64,000 bases of DNA. Origin: Flavobacteriaceae bacterium. Its GTDB lineage: Bacteria > Bacteroidota > Bacteroidia > Flavobacteriales > Flavobacteriaceae. Below, piece after piece: positions 1 to 9,069 of this stretch (positions within the stretch are counted from its first letter, which is position 1; each line of letters begins with the position of its first letter). Under the pieces are notes generated by a model. It was not told where the DNA came from, searched no databases, and saw only the letters and a list, made by a program, of their open reading frames with translations. Location: NCBI GenBank assembly GCA_023954685.1, contig JAGSHF010000001.1, positions 4,768 through 68,767 on the forward strand, given 5' to 3'. A program made the translations under genes and the position numbers.

Positions 1-572
1 TTTGAACTGCCCTTAATTTCAGAATGCGTGCCCCAAACAATCACATCACCTTCAATACTTCTACAAGCCGATCCAGAACCTAATCGCGCTAAAAAAGAGG
101 CTTTCATATTGAAGTAATCGTCTGTCATCTTAAGTCCATCTGAAAGGTCTTTTTCCATACTCATTAGACATAATGCCAACGCGCTCATTCCAGAAGCCGA
201 TGACGCAATTCCTGAACTGTGTGGGAAAGAATTTGACGTTTCTATTTTAAAATGATAGTCTTTTAAAAACGGAAGATAATTCTCAATACGTTTAAAAAAC
301 GATTCGATTTTAGGTTTAAAATTTTCCTCTAATGCTCCGTCTAAAAAGATTTCAAATGAGAAGTCATTGCTAGTATGTCGTTTTGCAAAAGTTAATGTGG
401 TTGTGGTTTTACAATGATTCAATGTAAAACTAATGGAAGGGTTTGCAGGTATTTGATTTTCCTTTTTTCCCCAATATTTCACTAAGGCAATATTACTTGG
501 AGAAGACCAGGCGACGCTACCCTTTTCAACATTTTTACAAACTCCTTTAAATTTAAAATCCTGCTCTATCAT
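1..572 (-). CDS. mvaD: diphosphomevalonate (mevalonate-PP) decarboxylase, N-terminal ~190 codons; the gene runs off the left edge
   Basis: Absent from the ORF track because it is truncated. My own reverse-strand translation from the ATG at 572-570 gives MIEQDFKFKGVCKNVEKGSVAWSSPSNIALVKYWGKKENQIPANPSISFTLN...SSGIASSASGMSALALC...ARLGSGSACRS. The SPSNIALVKYWGK block and the GHMP-kinase-type SSGxASSASG block are family hallmarks. Confidence 0.8.
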   Translation of the reverse strand, partial: MIEQDFKFKGVCKNVEKGSVAWSSPSNIALVKYWGKKENQIPANPSISFTLNHCKTTTTLTFAKRHTSNDFSFEIFLDGALEENFKPKIESFFKRIENYLPFLKDYHFKIETSNSFPHSSGIASSASGMSALALCLMSMEKDLSDGLKMTDDYFNMKASFLARLGSGSACRSIEGDVIVWGTHSEIKGSS

Positions 573-574
573 TC

Positions 575-1105
575 TTATTTTTCAAGAGACAAAGATAATA
601 ACTTTAGCATTGTATTATAATTTCTTGAAGTGCCAGTTACATTTAATTTGCGCTCAAATGTTTTCATATTGAATTTCGATTTGCCCATACCTAAGGATGA
701 ATAAAGATACAATGCTTTATCTGTAATTAATACCTCCTCATTTTCAAGAACCAATTGTTGTCCCGCTTTTAAATCATCAGGTATTGGTGTTTTATTAAAA
801 ATAATAAAATAACTTTTTGTTTTTTTCTCTAATTCATAGGGACAAGCATCAAATATAGTTTCCATTTGCGCTCTTGTTTTTACTATTACTGGAATTTGAA
901 TTCCGAAATGCTTAAATATGGTTGACTGAATTAGCTTTTCTGATGTAGCTCTATCTTCTATAAATTCAAATACTATATTTCCACTTTGAATATAAGTCTG
1001 TACATTTTTTAACCCTACCTGACTTAAAGCCACTCGCAGCACTGCCATTGGCACTTTATTGTGTCCTCCAACATTAATTCCACGGAGTAAAGCGATATAT
1101 AACAT
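575..1105 (-). CDS. DUF1697 family protein
   Basis: 176 aa. The N-terminal LLRGINVGGHNKVPM block is typical of DUF1697. Its start overlaps the stop of the upstream LacI gene (TAATG on the minus strand, 1103-1107), and it ends 2 nt before the mvaD start. Confidence 0.7.
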   Translation of the reverse strand: MLYIALLRGINVGGHNKVPMAVLRVALSQVGLKNVQTYIQSGNIVFEFIEDRATSEKLIQSTIFKHFGIQIPVIVKTRAQMETIFDACPYELEKKTKSYFIIFNKTPIPDDLKAGQQLVLENEEVLITDKALYLYSSLGMGKSKFNMKTFERKLNVTGTSRNYNTMLKLLSLSLEK

Positions 1106-2139
1106 TAGGTCATTTTTACAGATTTAGTAGAATTTCGCTCTACAATATCGGTTTTAATCATTTTGGTTTTAAACTCTTTTTTATTTTCAGGATGCTCTAA
1201 ACGTTCAATCAACATTTCGGCAGCAGCTGCGCCCATCAACTCGCCATGTTGGCTAACTGTGGTCAACTTTGGATTGGAATGCCTCGCTAAAATGCCATTT
1301 GTAAACCCTATGGTTGAAAAATCTTCCGGAATTAGCTTTCCCCGTTGCTGGGCAATTTTCATCGCGGCTAAGGCAACACCTTCGTTTGATGCAATTATAC
1401 CATCGATTGCATCATCTTCAAACAAGGGTTCTAACATGGATTCATAATCGCTATAATGGTCTACTTTTTTATGAATTATTAACTTTTCATCTATGCTCTG
1501 ACCCAAACTATGAATGCCATCATAATATCCTTTTAATAAATCCTGACTCACTTTTAAATGTGAGTTGGAAGATGCAAACCCAATTTTACGGCAACCGCTT
1601 TCGGCCAAATTAATAACAGCTTGCTCTCCAGCTTTTCTGTTATTGGTAATAACTTTATCACATAGTACGCCATTAGCAACGCGATCAAACATTACAATTG
1701 GTAAGTTAAAAGCCAAAGCGTTATTGAAATGATTAAATTCTTTACTTATTTCCGTTTCTTCTGCTATAGAAATGATGAACCCATCAACACTGCCGTTAGA
1801 TAGCATTTCTATAATCTCAATTTCTCTATTATGAGAATCGTTAGTAATGCAGATCACTACTTTATAGTTATGCTTTATTGCTGTTTTTTCAATGCCTTTT
1901 AATACTTGTGCTAGAAAATAGTTTAGCATATCCGGCACCAGGATTCCAATAGTTTTAGTACGTCTGTTTTTTAAACTTAATGCATTTAAATTTGGCCTGT
2001 AATTAATAGCCTCAGCATAGGTTTTTATCTTATCACGTGTAGCCTTACTTATTTCTTCACTCCCTTTTAATGCTTTTGAAACCGTAGAAACGGATACGTT
2101 GAATTTCTTGGCAATATCTTTTAATGTTACTTTCTTCAT
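1105..2139 (-). CDS. LacI family transcriptional regulator
   Basis: 344 aa. N-terminal HTH (VTLKDIAKKFNVSVSTVSKALKG) followed by a periplasmic-binding-protein-like sugar-sensor fold (IGILVPD..., VDGFII). Confidence 0.9.
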   Translation of the reverse strand: MKKVTLKDIAKKFNVSVSTVSKALKGSEEISKATRDKIKTYAEAINYRPNLNALSLKNRRTKTIGILVPDMLNYFLAQVLKGIEKTAIKHNYKVVICITNDSHNREIEIIEMLSNGSVDGFIISIAEETEISKEFNHFNNALAFNLPIVMFDRVANGVLCDKVITNNRKAGEQAVINLAESGCRKIGFASSNSHLKVSQDLLKGYYDGIHSLGQSIDEKLIIHKKVDHYSDYESMLEPLFEDDAIDGIIASNEGVALAAMKIAQQRGKLIPEDFSTIGFTNGILARHSNPKLTTVSQHGELMGAAAAEMLIERLEHPENKKEFKTKMIKTDIVERNSTKSVKMT

Positions 2140-2189
2140 TTCTCTTTCTTTTCTCTAAAGGTAATCCTACTGAGGACGTAATATAATAT

Positions 2190-3401
2190 TTATTTTGAAA
2201 TATCTCTAGCCGCAATAAAAGCTCCCGTCCATGCATTCTGAAAATTGAATCCACCGGTAACTGCATCAACATTTAAAACTTCACCTGCAAAATAGAGTCC
2301 TTTATGAATCTTACTTTCAAATGTTCTAAAGTTAATTTCTTTTAATTCTATACCGCCGGCTGTCACAAACTCTTCTTTGAAGGTGCTTTTCCCGTTGACA
2401 TCAAAAACCGCGGAAGTCAGCTGTTTTGACAACTTTTCTATCTGCAATTTATTTAAATCTGCCCAAGTCAACAATTCATCAATATCTGAAGCTCGAACCA
2501 ACTCGTGCCAAAGGCGTTTAGGCAAATCAAATTGTGCAAACTTAAAAACCATTTTCTTATTTAAGTTTTGCTTTAATATTTTTAAGGCATCAAAACAATC
2601 GGTAGTAGACTGCCTAATAAAATTTATTTCTATTTGAAATTTATAGTTGCGTTTGGCTAACTCCAAAGCTCCAAAAGCCGATAGTTTCAAAATAGATGGC
2701 GCACTCATACCAACGTGAGTAATTAACAGAGGGCCTTCACTGTAAAGATTTGAATTGAGGACTCTAACCTCAACATTCTGAGCTACAACTCCTGGAATAT
2801 TTTTTATACGAGCATCAGCAATATTAAAGGTAAAAAGAGATGGAACAGGTTCGGCCAATGTGTGCCCCAAACTTTTTAATAAGCTCCATACTTTTGGACT
2901 ACTTCCTGTTGCTATTAATACCTTATCTGCAGAAAATTCACCTTGATTAGTTTCTAAACTCCAGGTCTCATTTTTCTTTGAGATAGTTTTAACCACATGA
3001 CTATAACACAAATCGACTCCGATTAATTGTGCCGCATTAAGAAAACAATCGATAATAGTTTGTGATGAATTTGATGTGGGAAACATACGCCCATCATCTT
3101 CAATTTTTAAGGCAACCCCATGATTTTCAAACCAAGCAATTGTATCACCAGTCATAAATTGATGAAAAGGTCCTAGCAATTCTTTTTCACCTCTTGGATA
3201 GTTAAGCACTAATTCACTAGGAATAAATTCGGCATGCGTAACGTTACAGCGTCCTCCTCCAGAGATTTTAACCTTTTGCAAGCCCTCTTTTCCACGTTCA
3301 AAAATGGCCACACTCAGCTCTGGGTTTTGCTCTGCTATATTAATAGCCGCAAAAAAACCAGCAGCACCGCCTCCTACTATAATAACATTGTAATCTGCCA
3401 T
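2190..3401 (-). CDS. HI0933/YhiN/BaiN-like NAD(P)/FAD-dependent flavoprotein
   Basis: 403 aa. Rossmann GxGxxG (VIIVGGGAAGFFAA), a GGGRCNVTH block and the C-terminal GEVLNVDAVTGGFNFQNAW block characteristic of this family. Confidence 0.8.
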   Translation of the reverse strand: MADYNVIIVGGGAAGFFAAINIAEQNPELSVAIFERGKEGLQKVKISGGGRCNVTHAEFIPSELVLNYPRGEKELLGPFHQFMTGDTIAWFENHGVALKIEDDGRMFPTSNSSQTIIDCFLNAAQLIGVDLCYSHVVKTISKKNETWSLETNQGEFSADKVLIATGSSPKVWSLLKSLGHTLAEPVPSLFTFNIADARIKNIPGVVAQNVEVRVLNSNLYSEGPLLITHVGMSAPSILKLSAFGALELAKRNYKFQIEINFIRQSTTDCFDALKILKQNLNKKMVFKFAQFDLPKRLWHELVRASDIDELLTWADLNKLQIEKLSKQLTSAVFDVNGKSTFKEEFVTAGGIELKEINFRTFESKIHKGLYFAGEVLNVDAVTGGFNFQNAWTGAFIAARDISK

Positions 3402-3447
3402 AATAAATTAAAACTGCGTAAATTTAGCATTATTTAAATCATTATAC

Positions 3448-4293
3448 GTGAAGAAACTCATTGCTCTTTTTTACATAGGCTTGTTAAGTTGTGATACTGG
3501 CAATCTAAGAGTCGTTACTGACCTGCCTCACGCCTTGAATGAAGCCTCTGGAATAGAAAAAGTAGCAAATTCTAATTTGTTATGGATGATTAATGACAGT
3601 GGAAATAAACCAGTGTTATTTGGTTTAGATACACTAGGGAACATTCAAAAGAAGTTAAAAATTAAAGCTAAAAATCACGATTGGGAAGAGCTCACTTCTG
3701 ATCAAGCAGGTAACATTTATATTGGTGATTTTGGAAATAATGCCAACAAACGTAAAAATTTACGCATTTTAATTGTTAAGCATAATTCATTAACATCATC
3801 CAAAGATGTTGACGTTGAAAAGATTGAATTTTCTTATCCTAATCAGAAAAAATTCCCACCAAAGAACAAAAAAATGCAATTTGATTGCGAGGCGTTTTTT
3901 CATTATAATGATAGTTTATTTCTTCTCACAAAAAGCAGAAGTAAAAATCAATTTGGCCAAACCAATTTATATAAAATCCCTGCAAAAAAAGGACATCATC
4001 AAGCGGAGTATGTGACATCATTTAACACTTGTAATGAGCATGGGTGTTGGATTACTTCTGCAGATATGAATAGCATTCATAATAAAATTGTCATTCTTGC
4101 AGAAAATTCAGCCTGGGTCTTTAGTGATTTTAAAGCCAACAATTTTTTTGATGGTAAGGTTCAATCTTATTTTTTTGATTTCAAATCGCAAAAAGAAAGT
4201 GTCCTATTTAAAAACGATAGCACTTTATGGATTACTGATGAAAGGTCAAATGGCAAAGGTGGAAACTTATATGAATTAAAACTCAAACCCTAA
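3448..4293 (+). CDS. putative lipoprotein of unknown function, possibly a beta-propeller of SdiA-regulated/phytase-like type
   Basis: 281 aa with a GTG start. Signal peptide with lipobox (IGLLSCD). Repeated EASGI / NDSGN / GNIYIGDFGNN-type blocks. The family assignment is from memory only. Confidence 0.45.
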   Translation: MKKLIALFYIGLLSCDTGNLRVVTDLPHALNEASGIEKVANSNLLWMINDSGNKPVLFGLDTLGNIQKKLKIKAKNHDWEELTSDQAGNIYIGDFGNNANKRKNLRILIVKHNSLTSSKDVDVEKIEFSYPNQKKFPPKNKKMQFDCEAFFHYNDSLFLLTKSRSKNQFGQTNLYKIPAKKGHHQAEYVTSFNTCNEHGCWITSADMNSIHNKIVILAENSAWVFSDFKANNFFDGKVQSYFFDFKSQKESVLFKNDSTLWITDERSNGKGGNLYELKLKP

Positions 4294-7200
4294 TTGAAAT
4301 GCAATTCTCAAACCTTCATTACTATTAAATGCCGAAACATTTGCAGTAATAAGTTCTACCATTTTAATGAAAACACCGCCGCCATAAGAATTATGCCATT
4401 TTTCAGAATCCTCTCCATCCAACCAAACACGGCCGTAGTCTAGGCCGCCATAAATGCCAAGTTTAAAAGGTAAAACACCTAATTTTGAATTATGAAGACT
4501 CAACCTTAAATCTGTATTATGATAAAATGATTTTTGTCCGGTAAATCGGTTATTTCTAAACCCACGTAAACCATCATCAGCACCCAAACTGGCCGCCTGA
4601 AAAAATTCAAATCCATTTCCAAATAGAAGATTCCCTTTCAACTTTGTCGCTAAAATCAACAAATTATTCACTGTCAATGGCACTGTAAATGCAATTGAAG
4701 GTGTTATATAGCTATAACTGTCTGACTCTGTTAAATTAAATTTATGACCTAAAGCCAATTCAAAAGCCATTGCTAGCGTTGGAAATGAAATGTTATCGCT
4801 ATTTCTAAAACCATAGTTCAAATCTACACCTACAAATTGAGTTCTTGATTCGTCCCCATCCATAAGATAAAACTCATTGATATATCGTCCTACAGTTTCT
4901 TCTATTTCAATATCTGAATAGCTTAAATTAGCCTTGAACACTCCGCCTTGTTCACCAAGATAAGACACACCTAAGCCAGCCCCTAGTGCGCTCAATTTAA
5001 CCCTGTTATAATTCAAATCATAATTTGATTCATCTTCGTAATTTGGATTGATAGTTTCATTACCAAATCCAAAGAAATTCTGAGTAAAATTTGGACTTGT
5101 AAATACGCCATTTACTAATAAATTCCAATTGTTAAATACACGAGCAAATTCCCCATTATAGCGCAACTCAAACCCGTTCGTTGCAAAATAATATGATCCA
5201 GCAACTACATGCTTTGACGTAAATGGATTGCGTACAAAACCATTTACAATATATGTATTTGTTAAACCTAGTTTTAAACCGTCATCAGGATTTATTCCAA
5301 TATTAGGGATAAGACTATTGCTATTATAATTGAATTTCTTATAGTTGTAGACATTGGTTTCATAATCATCCGTTAATATCTTTTTCCCTTTAGTGGTCGT
5401 AAAAGTATTTGGCTTGGATTTATAATCATACATCACAACTTTTTTTCCATTAGTGATGTCGAAAGTATCATTGTTAAGCCCTCCAACTAAGCGAAGCTTT
5501 ATTAAATGATCACCATTACCAGAAACTTGAAAATTATCTTTATCATCTAAAGCGTAAATCCAAATTTCTTTGGTGTCTTCTTTTGAATAAATGCGATCAT
5601 GGAACAGTGTGCTTTTTTTTCCTTTTTTTATGCGATACCCTTTTACTGACGTTTTCCCATTTGCCATACGTTCGATCTCGAAAAAATCGTCTTTATCTGT
5701 ACCTGTAATAACCGAAAAATGATTTATTTGTTGAAAATATAAATCTGAAATGTTTTGAAGATGAGCTAATCTTCCTATAAGATTAGCTTTAATAGCCTCT
5801 ATAGCAACCGCATCCATTTCATCTGGAAAAAACTGAAATGCCTCATCAATGACCCTCTCATTCAAATGTTCAGTGATGAACTTTACTTGGGCGTCCCATG
5901 TTTCTTTTTCCGATTGCTTAATTAAGACCATATCTAGCGGAAAAGGCTCAAGATTAAACCACTTTGGGCTTTTTAACTCAGCATCATAAGATTTCATCAA
6001 GCGTATTGACGGAATCAAATCAGTTGCTAAACCTAAAAGTACACCATCAGACATTTTCGAAAACGCTTGATCTCTATCTCGAGGTAGCGGTCTATAAAAA
6101 GTTTTTCCGTCTTCTTTAAACCTGATCCAACGCCACTGGTCATCATGTCTATCCCAATCACCAATGACCATATCAAATAGTCTAGCTCTTATATACGAAG
6201 CTTCATCTATTTCAAATTCTTCATCTGAATTCAGCTTTTCCATCATATCCAAAGTACTTATCACTTTGTTAGAATATCCAAAACTGGCTTTATCCTCATG
6301 GCCATCGCTACCATGCTCTTCAATCATATACAATTCATCACCAAATTCTGAATTAAATGGACCTAATCTTTGCTGTTTTGGCACATAATACAACACTGGA
6401 TTTGTGTGATAAACATTTACCGCATCTGCAAGCGTACCAACAACAAAGGATGCATAAGGATGTGAGCCGGAAAAAATATCCGACAATAATTTATCTGGGA
6501 AGGTATTCTCTAGTCGATCCTGTACATAATTATCTTTAAAAGCCACGGCCTGAATATATTGTGAAGCGTTCTTTTTTAAAGCTCGCATTACATACTGCCT
6601 ACCAGATTTGTCTTCTAACCGCAACGATTTAGATTGGTGGCCACCACCTTTTCTAAGTGGTTCCACTCCTCCAAAAAGAGTATCCAAATTAACAGTTGAC
6701 ACAAGGATTTCTTTGCTGTACTCATCGCGGTAACGTTTACCCCATAACCATTTATAAAAATTTGATTTTTCTGTTTCAGAGGAATCATATATCGAAGCCT
6801 TCATTTGTGAAGGAAAATTTGAGTCGTATGTTGTGATCTCAATATTTTCTTCAGGAAAAACTTCTTCTTGAAAAACGATGTCTTTGGAATTTGCTTGGTA
6901 AAACTTCACATGTGATGAACCGTCATTATACACATCTAACCTAACAAATCCCTGAGTGCCATATGAAAAACGGCCGCCGCCTACATTTTTTGTTTGCATT
7001 ATTTTTGAACCAGCTCCGCTAATAATTTGTGGAATATTATTATTGACTATGTACTGTAGATTGTGATCGTGACCAGAGACAAATACGACTTTATTATTTT
7101 CTTGAGACAGTGTTATTAAACGTTTTTTCAGTTCCAAATAGCGTTTATTTTGCGTATCCACATTTACCACGCCGCCTGTTTTTCGGATTAAATTTTTGAA

Positions 7201-7950
7201 TGTTCCTATAACTGGTGCAGGTTTCATATGACTTTCAAATGAAAATTTCCCTCCATGTGATCCATTCGTAAAAATTGGATGATGCATGGCCACTAGTGTC
7301 GTTTTACCACGCGCTTTTTTAACCTCGCTTTCAAACTCATCGAAGAACGCTTCACGCGTATTAATTTCACAATCTTCATTTATACTTGGATGAGCATCCC
7401 AGTTTGTCAAATACCATTGCGAGTCAATTAGTAGCAATACGATCTCATCAGAAATATTAACTTTTGAAATGGGGCAACCATTTTCTGGCAAAAAGGTGCT
7501 TTTGCCTAAACTATGTTCTATATATTTTTCTTGACGTTTTAGCCCCTCCAAACCTTCATTATACCAATCATGATTTCCTGGTATAAAAATAGCTTTGCCT
7601 TTGAAATTCTCTAAAGTATTTATTTGAACATTTAACTGATGTTCTGCAAATTCTCGTCCATCTGCATTTGCTTTTGGCATGCCTTTAGGATAAATATTAT
7701 CCCCAAGAAAAAGCGCGGTACTGTTGGACTCTGCTTTACTCAATTCTTCCTTAAAATCTTTAATTGCATCTGTTTGTTCACCAATTGGCGAGTTTCCACC
7801 ATCACCAATAAGATAAAACGAATGCATTATTTTTTTATTTGGACTTTCTACTTGAACCACATCCTTTGCATATTGCGCTTTAAACGTAGCACATCCAGAA
7901 AGCTGAATCATTATTAAAAAATAAACATAGATTTTATTATTAGAATTCAT
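4276..7950 (-). CDS. calcineurin-like metallophosphoesterase fused to a C-terminal Omp85/BamA-like outer-membrane beta-barrel
   Basis: 1224 aa with a lipoprotein-type signal (QLSGCATF). Phosphoesterase motifs GDGGN, GDNIYPKG, GNHDW, HHP and GHDHNLQ lie in the first ~330 aa. The C-terminal ~350 aa has alternating aromatic/Gly-rich strands and ends in ...QLGFEF. Confidence 0.75.
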   Translation of the reverse strand: MNSNNKIYVYFLIMIQLSGCATFKAQYAKDVVQVESPNKKIMHSFYLIGDGGNSPIGEQTDAIKDFKEELSKAESNSTALFLGDNIYPKGMPKANADGREFAEHQLNVQINTLENFKGKAIFIPGNHDWYNEGLEGLKRQEKYIEHSLGKSTFLPENGCPISKVNISDEIVLLLIDSQWYLTNWDAHPSINEDCEINTREAFFDEFESEVKKARGKTTLVAMHHPIFTNGSHGGKFSFESHMKPAPVIGTFKNLIRKTGGVVNVDTQNKRYLELKKRLITLSQENNKVVFVSGHDHNLQYIVNNNIPQIISGAGSKIMQTKNVGGGRFSYGTQGFVRLDVYNDGSSHVKFYQANSKDIVFQEEVFPEENIEITTYDSNFPSQMKASIYDSSETEKSNFYKWLWGKRYRDEYSKEILVSTVNLDTLFGGVEPLRKGGGHQSKSLRLEDKSGRQYVMRALKKNASQYIQAVAFKDNYVQDRLENTFPDKLLSDIFSGSHPYASFVVGTLADAVNVYHTNPVLYYVPKQQRLGPFNSEFGDELYMIEEHGSDGHEDKASFGYSNKVISTLDMMEKLNSDEEFEIDEASYIRARLFDMVIGDWDRHDDQWRWIRFKEDGKTFYRPLPRDRDQAFSKMSDGVLLGLATDLIPSIRLMKSYDAELKSPKWFNLEPFPLDMVLIKQSEKETWDAQVKFITEHLNERVIDEAFQFFPDEMDAVAIEAIKANLIGRLAHLQNISDLYFQQINHFSVITGTDKDDFFEIERMANGKTSVKGYRIKKGKKSTLFHDRIYSKEDTKEIWIYALDDKDNFQVSGNGDHLIKLRLVGGLNNDTFDITNGKKVVMYDYKSKPNTFTTTKGKKILTDDYETNVYNYKKFNYNSNSLIPNIGINPDDGLKLGLTNTYIVNGFVRNPFTSKHVVAGSYYFATNGFELRYNGEFARVFNNWNLLVNGVFTSPNFTQNFFGFGNETINPNYEDESNYDLNYNRVKLSALGAGLGVSYLGEQGGVFKANLSYSDIEIEETVGRYINEFYLMDGDESRTQFVGVDLNYGFRNSDNISFPTLAMAFELALGHKFNLTESDSYSYITPSIAFTVPLTVNNLLILATKLKGNLLFGNGFEFFQAASLGADDGLRGFRNNRFTGQKSFYHNTDLRLSLHNSKLGVLPFKLGIYGGLDYGRVWLDGEDSEKWHNSYGGGVFIKMVELITANVSAFNSNEGLRIAFQLGFEF

Positions 7951-7951
7951 T

Positions 7952-8500
7952 CTAAGGTACTTTTATCTTATCAGCATGCATCCGTCTCAGTTTTGTCAAT
8001 TTAGGTGCAATTACATAACTACAATAGCCTTGCTCTTTATTATTAACATAGTAATCTTGATGCTCTTTTTCTGCATTAAAGAAGACTTTTATTGGTTCTA
8101 ATTTGGTTACAATTTGCTTATCATAATAAGACGAAACCATCTTTATTACATCTTGAGCCTGTTTTTGTTGTTGATCGTCATGATAAAATATCACAGATCT
8201 ATATTGAGTGCCTACATTTGCACCTTGTTTGTTTAGTGTTGTAGGATCATGACTTGTCATAAAAACAAGAAGAATATCTTCATAAGAAATTTCATCAGGA
8301 TTAAATGTAATCTGAATAACCTCAGCATGACCTGTACGGCCAGAACACACCTCTCTATAAGTCGGTTCCCCTGGCACATTACCTCCTGAATATCCCGAAG
8401 TTACATTTTCAACACCTTTCACCAGTCCAAAAATCGCTTCCAAACACCAAAAACAACCACCTCCGACAGTTGCAATTTCTAATTTCTCATTAAGATTCAT
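7952..8500 (-). CDS. msrA: peptide-methionine (S)-S-oxide reductase
   Basis: 182 aa. The catalytic GGGCFWCLEA motif is near the N-terminus, and the family is conserved throughout. Confidence 0.95.
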   Translation of the reverse strand: MNLNEKLEIATVGGGCFWCLEAIFGLVKGVENVTSGYSGGNVPGEPTYREVCSGRTGHAEVIQITFNPDEISYEDILLVFMTSHDPTTLNKQGANVGTQYRSVIFYHDDQQQKQAQDVIKMVSSYYDKQIVTKLEPIKVFFNAEKEHQDYYVNNKEQGYCSYVIAPKLTKLRRMHADKIKVP

Positions 8501-8939
8501 TTTGCAGTTTTAACGCTTCCGAATTGACACAATATCGTAATCCGCTAGGATCCGGGCCATCCGGAAAAACATGACCCAAGTGCCCATCACATGTGTTACA
8601 CACCACTTCTACACGATGCATTCCAAATGTTGTGTCTTTATTATATTTAATTGCATTTTCCTTGATGGGTTGTGTAAAACTAGGCCAACCTGAACTGGAC
8701 TGAAACTTAATAGTCGAATCAAACAATGGTACATTACAGCATACACAGTTATATTGCCCTTCTTCAAAACTACTACACAAGGCACCACTATGAGGTGCTT
8801 CGGTTCCTTTTTGACGTGTAATCCGGAATTGATCTGGTGTCAAAAGTAATTTCCACTCAGAATCAGATTTATCAACCCTAAAATCAGGCTGTGGTGAACC
8901 AGAATTACTAAATTTTAAAATATCTTTCCAAAGTATCAT
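8490..8939 (-). CDS. msrB: peptide-methionine (R)-S-oxide reductase
   Basis: 149 aa. Two zinc CxxC pairs (CVCC, CNTC), GWPSF and the catalytic RYCVNS. It overlaps msrA by 11 nt. Confidence 0.95.
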   Translation of the reverse strand: MILWKDILKFSNSGSPQPDFRVDKSDSEWKLLLTPDQFRITRQKGTEAPHSGALCSSFEEGQYNCVCCNVPLFDSTIKFQSSSGWPSFTQPIKENAIKYNKDTTFGMHRVEVVCNTCDGHLGHVFPDGPDPSGLRYCVNSEALKLQNES

Positions 8940-9069
8940 GTATTTATCGTTTTGTATTAAATTTTAAAGATGTAAATCTTTTCACTTTTTTGCGACATAA
9001 TAGTACATATATCCCCTAATCATATAAAAGTACTAAATTAGTACTTAATTATATTACAATTTATCTAGA

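Noticed and set aside
1163-1613. Short ORFs nested antisense or out of frame inside long genes. The same applies to 2057-2272, 2377-2637, 3234-3437, 3806-4279, 6164-6539, 7639-7917, 9777-9998, 11440-11640, 15746-16030, 16929-17386, 19005-19274, 20404-20586, 21062-21331, 22217-22429, 23049-23306, 23780-23962, 24633-25417, 29128-29319, 32395-32604, 33514-35513, 36722-36943, 38618-38842, 43003-43200, 44873-45340, 46381-46638, 48885-49115, 49857-52641, 52969-53232, 55400-55654, 59292-59489, 60938-61668 and 63010-63658
   Set aside because: Each lies entirely within, or largely overlaps, a much longer ORF with clear family motifs. Their sequences look like random AT-rich translation (Ile/Phe/Lys/Asn-rich) and carry no recognisable domains.
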